A DNA stretch of 64,000 nt, taken from a virus. The notes below the pieces were generated by a model. The model ran no database searches. It was given only the letters and a program-made list of their open reading frames with translations, and was not told the DNA's origin. Positions 58,068 through 64,000 of the stretch are shown here, piece after piece; position 1 is the first letter of the stretch, and each line of letters opens with the position of its first letter. The DNA lies in the UHGV virus genome UHGV-0363627. One strand, given 5' to 3'. The translations under genes and the position numbers were made by a program.

Positions 58068-58584
58068 AAACTAAATTATTAAATTCTTCAACACTAACAG
58101 TTTTATCCCAATCAATTCCACCATGCTTATCAATTATTTGTTGAGCAACATCAATAGGTAATAAACCAACAGTAGTAGTAACATCTTCAGGACATTCTGC
58201 ATATACTTTAAGAAGTTCTTCATCTTGATTAGGAAAACCAAATTCAACAGTTTCCATAGTATGACCTAAAGTTCTATAACCATTTTCAGAAGAACAATAA
58301 TTACCATTATGTATTTGTAGACTTATACTAAACCCATCATTGCAAACAACACGAGGACAAAAGAACCAAGTATTATTATAAGTCATATTATCACCATAAT
58401 ACTTATTATACATCATAATAGTAACACCTTTTTGAAATATAGACATTTGTATTAGTCTAAAGAAATGTATTAATTTCATATTATTTATCTTTAAATTGTT
58501 CACCAAACATTTGTTCAAAATCTTCTTTAGGACAAAGCATGATTCCGTTATTAGGAATAGCAACAGCTTCTTTTTTAATAGCAA
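58045..58584 (-). CDS. hypothetical protein; true start probably internal (MMYNKYYG.. near 58416)
   Basis: The N-terminal 55 codons overlap 58481..58828 in another frame and look non-protein-like. Confidence 0.4.
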   Translation of the reverse strand: MLLKKKLLLFLITESCFVLKKILNKCLVNNLKINNMKLIHFFRLIQMSIFQKGVTIMMYNKYYGDNMTYNNTWFFCPRVVCNDGFSISLQIHNGNYCSSENGYRTLGHTMETVEFGFPNQDEELLKVYAECPEDVTTTVGLLPIDVAQQIIDKHGGIDWDKTVSVEEFNNLVYGKKDRK

Positions 58585-58828
58585 CTAATCTTCCTGTTCT
58601 ATATGGATTTGCTTCTTGTTTTTCAACTTCAATGATAAATACGCCACCATCATCAATAACTTTTTGACAATCAGGACATATACTACCATCTACTATTTCT
58701 CTAGGTGCTTGAGTATCTCCTTTAAGTCTACCAAACAAAGCAATACTATGATGTTTACCACAAATAAAACATTTAATCATACTTGGATTAAGACCATGAT
58801 TTTTACTAAGTGTTATATTTTTACTCAT
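58481..58828 (-). CDS. zinc-finger protein (115 aa; CFICGKHH...CPDC)
   Basis: ORF with 2 CxxC pairs. Confidence 0.45.
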   Translation of the reverse strand: MSKNITLSKNHGLNPSMIKCFICGKHHSIALFGRLKGDTQAPREIVDGSICPDCQKVIDDGGVFIIEVEKQEANPYRTGRLVAIKKEAVAIPNNGIMLCPKEDFEQMFGEQFKDK

Positions 58829-59022
58829 ACTTCAAATATTATAGTAGCTCTATCAGCATTATAATTCAACTCTTTTATTCTCTCAATAATCATATCGCGA
58901 TAATCATTTTTCAAAACATGACAATCATCAGCAAGTTCTATCACACGTTCTAATTCTTCTATATCATTAGCTGCAACAAGAAGAACATTATTAGATTTAT
59001 TAGTACATTTAAAACATTTCAT
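58825..59022 (-). CDS. small protein (65 aa)
   Basis: ORF preceded by the conserved AAAGTCCGTCAGA motif about 60 nt upstream. Confidence 0.4.
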   Translation of the reverse strand: MKCFKCTNKSNNVLLVAANDIEELERVIELADDCHVLKNDYRDMIIERIKELNYNADRATIIFEV

Positions 59023-59078
59023 ATCAATTATTTATTTCTATATTATATAAAAATTCAGAATGAGCCATTTATTTGACA

Positions 59079-59091
59079 TCTGACGGACTTT
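59079..59091 (-). promoter_or_regulatory. conserved motif AAAGTCCGTCAGA (copy C, minus orientation) upstream of 58825..59022
   Basis: Top strand tctgacggacttt. Confidence 0.4.
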
Positions 59092-59160
59092 CTCACAAAA
59101 GTAATACAAATTATCACGATTGATATAAAAGTCTATCAGAAGTCAAAAGAAGTGGCAAAT

Positions 59161-59388
59161 TTAGGCTGTAGCGGTCAATAAGTATTCAGGAATCGCATGA
59201 TACTGGGAATGACCACATCGAATATCATAGTATATTGCATCAGTGTTATTATCATAAATAACATTAGCAATAACAACTTCACGTTGATTAGCCTTACAAT
59301 GAACAGTTTCTCCTTTATGAAATTTAGCATATTTGCTAATAAGACTATCAACCATAACATCAGTTAAAAGGCTTGCAATAGTATCCAT
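59161..59388 (-). CDS. small protein (75 aa)
   Basis: ORF. Confidence 0.4.
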   Translation of the reverse strand: MDTIASLLTDVMVDSLISKYAKFHKGETVHCKANQREVVIANVIYDNNTDAIYYDIRCGHSQYHAIPEYLLTATA

Positions 59389-59565
59389 AGTTATTTCTTT
59401 TTTACTAAATAATCATTATCTTTTTTATTTTTAGAATGAATACAACGAATCTTACAATATTCACAAGGTAAAATTTTTCCATTATGTTCTTCTAATATAA
59501 CAAAATTATATTTACAGTAATCTCCTTCTTTTACCATAATCAATATATTTAAATTAAACAATAAT

Positions 59566-59597
59566 CAAATAAAAAACCAGTACTATCTTCACAGACA
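59566..59597 (-). terminator. hairpin with conserved loop (family member 2) + T-run: rho-independent terminator for minus-strand transcription
   Basis: Stem aaccagta/tactggtt with loop ctatcttcacagacaa. On the minus strand it is followed by ttttttat. Confidence 0.45.
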
Positions 59598-59702
59598 ATA
59601 CTGGTTACTAAAATAATTAACACAATGTATTTATGCAGTTGTAATAACTCCAAGACTATTATAAATAGTTTAGACTTCATTTATCTCATCAGTTGGAGTG
59701 CA

Positions 59703-59732
59703 ACTACTCCTACTTTCACAAGCAAGAGTAGT
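59703..59732 (-). ncRNA. hairpin with conserved 16-nt loop (family member 3)
   Basis: Stem actactc/gagtagt with loop ctactttcacaagcaa, identical to the loop at 35147-35162. No in-frame ATG covers it. Confidence 0.35.
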
Positions 59733-59765
59733 CTGTTTACTATGAAATTGCAGTTAAACATATAA

Positions 59766-60215
59766 TTATTTTTCAGATTTTCTTTTTTTTACAACAGCTT
59801 CAAGAATATCAGTCGGAATATCTTTAAATTTATCCATTAATTCATTAATATTATTATCAGCAATTTTATTAAATTCGCTTATGCTAACATTAATATTATG
59901 ACATAAAGACTTATTAATTTTTACAATAGTATTAATAGCATCATTGACAACGCAATTAACATATTCAATTTCATCTTTTGTCATATCTTTAGCTATTGTA
60001 GCTTGCCCGTAGAGGATTGACAGCAAATAAGCATAACTTAATGGACATTCTTGAGCTTTAACAACAGCTTCAAGAAAACCAGTTCTATCTTCATCATACT
60101 TTTTACAAAAATCTTCAATCCAAGCAATAGCATCTAAAAACTTTTCTTTATTAGTTTTAGCTATAACATCTTGCCCGTAGGGAATGTCAATCATAACAAC
60201 TTTCTTCATATTCAT
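59766..60215 (-). CDS. hypothetical protein (149 aa) carrying two direct copies of the 21-bp repeat in frame (LYGQA, PYGQD)
   Basis: ORF. Confidence 0.45.
   Translation of the reverse strand: MNMKKVVMIDIPYGQDVIAKTNKEKFLDAIAWIEDFCKKYDEDRTGFLEAVVKAQECPLSYAYLLSILYGQATIAKDMTKDEIEYVNCVVNDAINTIVKINKSLCHNINVSISEFNKIADNNINELMDKFKDIPTDILEAVVKKRKSEK
59999..60019 (-). repeat. 21-bp repeat copy 24, in CDS 59766..60215 (LYGQA)
   Basis: TAGCTTGCCCGTAGAGGAtTG. Confidence 0.7.
60169..60186 (-). repeat. 21-bp repeat copy 25, same CDS (PYGQD)
   Basis: TCTTGCCCGTAGGGAATG. Confidence 0.65.
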
Positions 60216-60363
60216 TTTATTTAATTATTAAAACCAAATGCATTATCTTCACTAACATAATCTTCATAAAGACTACCAACTTCTATTTCTGATATATCTT
60301 TATTAACAACATCAGAATCAATACTAATAGTATTTTCTTCTTTATCAACAGTTTCTACATATT

Positions 60364-60591
60364 CTATAGCCATAAATCAATATATTTAATAATACCACTT
60401 ATAGTAGCAAAAATTACAACAACGCTAATAACAAATGTTATAATATCAAATAGCTTAACACCTCGACCATATCGAATATCAGATACAATACAACATATAA
60501 CAAATACACTTATAATAAGCATAACTAGAATAGCAACAATAAGTGCACTTAATACAAAGAGATTTATTATATAAGTCATATTATTTGGCAT
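60364..60591 (-). CDS. small two-TM membrane protein (75 aa)
   Basis: Two hydrophobic segments (LFVLSALIVAILVMLIISVFVICCIV; ITFVISVVVIFATISGII). Confidence 0.45.
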   Translation of the reverse strand: MPNNMTYIINLFVLSALIVAILVMLIISVFVICCIVSDIRYGRGVKLFDIITFVISVVVIFATISGIIKYIDLWL

Positions 60592-60908
60592 TAATCCTCT
60601 ACGGGCAAGCTACGATTGACTTCTTTAGCAACAAATTCATCTAATAAAGCAGCAGTTCTATTACTAAATTCATCAAAAGCAGCAGTAAAACATTCAAGAA
60701 ATTGTTTATTACTATAACGATATTCTCGTTTAAGTCCATCTTTAATAATAATAAATCTATCTGCCAATAGAGATACATTTGCATCTTCACCAAAACATCT
60801 TTTCAGATATTCAATAGTAACACCTCTAACATTAGCATTATTTCTAACAACATTAGACAAAGCTAATACATGAGCTGGAGTTTCAGGTTTTTCTTTTTTC
60901 TGTTTCAT
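60591..60908 (-). CDS. hypothetical protein (105 aa); C-terminal SLPVED-stop encoded by a repeat copy
   Basis: ORF. Confidence 0.45.
   Translation of the reverse strand: MKQKKEKPETPAHVLALSNVVRNNANVRGVTIEYLKRCFGEDANVSLLADRFIIIKDGLKREYRYSNKQFLECFTAAFDEFSNRTAALLDEFVAKEVNRSLPVED
60596..60611 (+). repeat. 21-bp repeat copy 26, spanning the stop of 60591..60908 and start of 60364..60591 (SLPVED-stop)
   Basis: Direct read. Confidence 0.7.
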
Positions 60909-61208
60909 AACTAATTAATTTAAAAGATTTACAACTACAAATATAATAATATTCTCACATATAACAATTATTATTACAATTATTATTTACAGCAATATAG
61001 TATATTATTATAACAGATGATGTTATAACTATTGCTACAAATAAAGAAACCGCATAAGCTGTAACAAATGAAACAACTGTATGCGGTTATAAAAATAAAT
61101 ATAATTGATATGGAAAATGTAATGTCAAGAGAGTTATTATTGAAAGTCTTATAGATAAATCAACAAAGGTAATAAACGAATAATAAATGGTATCATAATA
61201 AAGATAAT

Positions 61209-61268
61209 AAAGGACTAATAAAAGGTATAACAAAAGGTATAGCAAAAGATATAGCAAAAGATATAGCA
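61209..61268. repeat. tandem 12-bp repeat array (AAAGRTATARCA x5), iteron-like
   Basis: The five units are aaaggactaata, aaaggtataaca, aaaggtatagca, aaagatatagca and aaagatatagca, in a 620-bp non-coding region. Confidence 0.55.
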
Positions 61269-61532
61269 AATGAAGATATTGAAGATGAGATTATAACTAA
61301 AAGTTATAGGCATATAACGAAAAGTTATAATGATGATGCAAGAGTAATTCGAGCAGAAGATATAATAACAATTAGAATAATGAGAGTTAGAGTTGTAAGA
61401 GAAGCAATTAGAGTAAGAATAATAGTAGTAAGAATTATAGCAGCAAGATATAGAAGTTTATTAGGAAGAGGATTAGGAAGTGGAGCAGTAGGAATAGCTC
61501 CAGGTACTCATGCTCATTCTCCTCTTCTATTA

Positions 61533-62105
61533 TTAATCAGCTTTAATTTTACCACTAGCTGTTATTAATTTATCTAAATCTTTTTCTTTATACATATCAT
61601 TATAATCTTGTATAAATTCTTCTCTTTTACCATAAAATAGTTCATTATGATTAATAACAACTTTATGAATATCGGTTGTAAGACGAATTATATTATCTCT
61701 TTGCAATTTATAAAGTGCATCTCTAACAAATCTCGTATTTTTACAAATATGTTCATAATCATTTTTATTAATGACAATAACATTACTGTTCCATTTAAGA
61801 TTTCTAATAAGAACTTTAATAGTTTTATGAACATATTTATCAGCTGCATCATCTATATCATTCAATCTATCACTAATTTGTTTATATGATACACCTATAG
61901 GTTTAGATTCTATACCTCTTAATAGTCTATGACCAAATTGTATATCTTGTTCGACATCTTTATAATTATATTGAACATTAAAAGGAGTAGGGAGTATAGT
62001 ATTTGAACTATTAACAATAGAATTAATATATCTACTTTCTGTATTAGCAAGAGCAATTTTATTAGCTTTAGTAAGTTTTTTAGTATCGAATTTGAATGTT
62101 GGCAT
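61533..62105 (-). CDS. hypothetical protein, paralogue family member 2 (190 aa)
   Basis: LIRNLKWNSNVIVINKND...ELFYGKREEFIQDYNDMYKEKD aligns with IARNIKYNSNVIVISDDD...YILYGRYDEFMRHYKKLYENKD of 62406..62996. Confidence 0.55.
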   Translation of the reverse strand: MPTFKFDTKKLTKANKIALANTESRYINSIVNSSNTILPTPFNVQYNYKDVEQDIQFGHRLLRGIESKPIGVSYKQISDRLNDIDDAADKYVHKTIKVLIRNLKWNSNVIVINKNDYEHICKNTRFVRDALYKLQRDNIIRLTTDIHKVVINHNELFYGKREEFIQDYNDMYKEKDLDKLITASGKIKAD

Positions 62106-62344
62106 AGTTGTATAGTTATTAGTTATTAATTATAGTTATCAGTGCAAATATAGGAATAAAATGTATAATAGCTATACAAATTATAGAGAAAATTATAAAG
62201 TGTATAGTAAATATACATTTTGCTGCATGAGCCAGATACAAAAATGTATAGTAACTATACAAAACATAATATCGTAAATCGCTGATACAGAGGCTTGTAG
62301 CTGCTTTACACCAAAATCTATATAGATATATAGAATATTTTATT

Positions 62345-62408
62345 ATCAGCTATATCATCAACAACATGACAACTCTTATCACCAACTCCAGCAACGACAA
62401 CATCATCA
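62345..62408. repeat. 62-bp direct repeat copy 1 (leader element of paralogue gene 61533..62105)
   Basis: atcagctatatcatcaacaacatgacaactcttatcaccaactccagcaacgacaacat is near-identical to 63226-63289. Confidence 0.6.
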
Positions 62409-62996
62409 TTTTATAACTATTCTACCATATTTATTTGTCTCAATATCTTTATTTTCATATAACTTCTTATAATGTCTCATAAATTCATCATATCTACCAT
62501 AAAGAATATATTTAGGATTAATAATAAATGTATCTTTTTTAGTAGTTCTAGCTAAAACTTCATAAGAACATAATTGTCGAATATTACGGTCAAAAACTTG
62601 TTTATTTTTAGTAATAGCATCTATATCATCATCACTAATAACAATAACATTACTGTTATATTTAATATTACGAGCAATAAATGCAACAATATTAGTAGCT
62701 ATTTCTGATTTAATATCAGATAATACTCCAAATATATTAGGTGAAACAATACAATATTTACCTCTTTCATAAGTAATACAATCAATATTAAATGTACTAC
62801 CATCTGCTAGAATAAATGCTTTAGTTTTAACATATTCTTCAAGATTAATATCAAAAGGCATAGGTTTAATAAGTTTTACCCATTTAGTAGCATCATCAAG
62901 TTCAGAAGAAACATAATTAGCAACAGCTTGTTTTTCTGTTTTAGTAAGTCCTTTAATAGCTGGATTACTAGAAAAATTAAATATTGGTTTTTTCAT
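62406..62996 (-). CDS. hypothetical protein, paralogue family member 3 (196 aa)
   Basis: See member 2. Confidence 0.55.
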   Translation of the reverse strand: MKKPIFNFSSNPAIKGLTKTEKQAVANYVSSELDDATKWVKLIKPMPFDINLEEYVKTKAFILADGSTFNIDCITYERGKYCIVSPNIFGVLSDIKSEIATNIVAFIARNIKYNSNVIVISDDDIDAITKNKQVFDRNIRQLCSYEVLARTTKKDTFIINPKYILYGRYDEFMRHYKKLYENKDIETNKYGRIVIK

Positions 62997-63225
62997 AATT
63001 GAATACTTTAGAGTGATTAAATAAATGATTTTGCGAATATATCATCTGTATTCGATATTTACAAGTAATAATAGGTATAAAATTCTATATGTACTCAAAA
63101 GTATATAGTTTGTATGAGCCAGTTATAAAGTTGATACTTTGGAGTATCAATTTTTTATAGCTAAAATGCTGATAATCAGACAGATAAATGAAAAAATTGC
63201 ATCTTATAGATATATAGTAATATCA

Positions 63226-63289
63226 TCAGTTATATCATCAACAACATGACAACTCTTATCACCAACTCCAGCAACGACAACATTATCTT
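63226..63289. repeat. 62-bp direct repeat copy 2 (leader element of paralogue gene 62406..62996)
   Basis: See copy 1. Confidence 0.6.
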
Positions 63290-63497
63290 TTATGTCATTA
63301 ACTCGACAACCGCCAACGCCACCAACCACGTCACCGCAACGCTTAGCACCAACTCCAACAACGCTGCAAGCAATTTTATGTTATTATTTCGAGTTGCACT
63401 ACTATCATCAGCATTGTTTATGTTATTATTATGAGAAGCCACAGTAAAACTATCTAAAAGAAAAGGCAGAGTAACCGTAGTCACTCCGCCAACTTCT

Positions 63498-63986
63498 TTA
63501 GAATGGAACTTCTTCTGTTGTAGATTCTGCACTTGCTAACAATGCTGCACGATTTGCTTTAGCTGCACGAGCTGATTTCATAGCCTCACGCATCATCTCT
63601 CTTGTATCAGCAATAGCATCACGATATGCTTGAACAAGAAGTTCATCAGTCGGTTGCTCAACACCTACAACATGATAAATATATCTGTCATACTCTTTCA
63701 CGCCGTACTTATTCTCCTTACGAGTAAAAGGATTCTGAGCATCAACACCAGCTGGAACAAATTCAGCAAGAATATTCATAGTCAAACCAGCAATATATTG
63801 GTCACCAAAGCCAACTTCGATAGCATCAGCAATATACTTGATAAATCTACCAAAGAACTGATTACCTCTCATTGCCAATTCAAGCTGCCAATACGGCATC
63901 TGAATAGTACGAATATAAGCTGGTTGATAAACACCATTAGCATCTTTAGCAACGCCAATAATAGGTTTGTCCAAAGTCATGAACAA
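63498..63986 (-). CDS. hypothetical protein (162 aa), GC-rich relative to genome
   Basis: ORF whose composition is clearly less AT-biased than its neighbours. Confidence 0.5.
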   Translation of the reverse strand: MFMTLDKPIIGVAKDANGVYQPAYIRTIQMPYWQLELAMRGNQFFGRFIKYIADAIEVGFGDQYIAGLTMNILAEFVPAGVDAQNPFTRKENKYGVKEYDRYIYHVVGVEQPTDELLVQAYRDAIADTREMMREAMKSARAAKANRAALLASAESTTEEVPF

Positions 63987-64000
63987 ATTCCAATATTCCT

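Noticed and set aside
59640-59760. Possible tRNA in the 59.6-kb intergenic region
   Set aside because: No T-loop (GTTCRANYC) or cloverleaf could be built. The stems belong to the conserved-loop hairpin family instead.
2873-60611. 21-bp repeat as sequencing primer/adapter contamination (its CCTACGGG core resembles the start of the 16S 341F primer)
   Set aside because: Similarity is limited to 8 nt. Copies are in-frame inside long intact ORFs and show natural variants (CCCTAC / CCTCTAC, AGCT / AGAT). They also take part in compensatory hairpins. I still recommend raw-read verification.
61087-61269. ORF encoding MLYLLLYLLLYLLL...
   Set aside because: It is an artefact of the antisense reading of the tandem 12-bp AAAGRTATARCA array and is not a plausible protein.
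61380-61568. Arg-rich +strand ORF (MRVRVVREAIRVRIIVVR...)
   Set aside because: It arises from the purine-rich GTAAGA-type tract and its composition is not protein-like.
63290-63532. 80-aa minus-strand ORF overlapping the leader of 62406..62996
   Set aside because: It overlaps the GC-rich 3' region and leader of neighbouring genes and has an odd composition. It is probably not coding, though the local GC rise (accgccaacgccaccaacc...) is noted.
1-64000. Stop-codon reassignment (TAG/TGA recoding), known in some crAss-like lineages
   Set aside because: All large genes are intact under the standard code with normal stop usage. The only split genes are explained by group I introns with recognisable core elements.

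Overview
This window looks like an AT-rich (about 30% GC, my estimate) crAss-like (Crassvirales-type) phage genome segment. Genes are tightly packed in two convergent blocks.

- **Plus-strand block (1-33458):** virion and cargo genes, ending in three giant ORFs of 882, 1975 and 4340 aa. The 4340-aa ORF carries a DFDVD motif like the catalytic site of crAss virion RNA polymerases.
- **Minus-strand block (33745-64000):** replication and nucleotide metabolism. It holds dUTPase, ThyX, a dNMP-kinase-like gene, a glutaredoxin-like gene, an ATP-dependent DNA ligase, a TOPRIM primase-like gene, an SSB-like gene, an AP2-HNH endonuclease, a family-B DNA polymerase, a Dda/RecD-like helicase and many small ORFs.

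The most unusual feature is a dispersed 21-bp repeat family with consensus CATTCCTCTACGGGCAAGCTA.
- It has at least 26 copies in both orientations.
- Most copies sit inside essential ORFs, and they occur in all three reading frames (peptides SSTGKL / LYGQA / SLRAS, or SLPVEE on the reverse), so the constraint is at the DNA/RNA level, not the protein level.
- Intergenic copies come as inverted pairs that form long hairpins.

Other notable features:
- Two related group I introns (P, Q, R, S elements recognisable). One is ORF-less and splits DNA polymerase motif A. The other carries a GIY-YIG homing endonuclease and splits helicase motif III.
- A conserved intergenic motif AAAGTCCGTCAGACAGYCT upstream of several genes.
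- A family of hairpins with covarying stems and a conserved 16-nt loop, CTAYYTTCACARRCAA.
- Three paralogous genes, each with a long repeat- and palindrome-rich leader.
- An iteron-like tandem 12-mer array next to a purine tract, a candidate origin or regulatory region.

I saw no tRNA, rRNA or CRISPR array.
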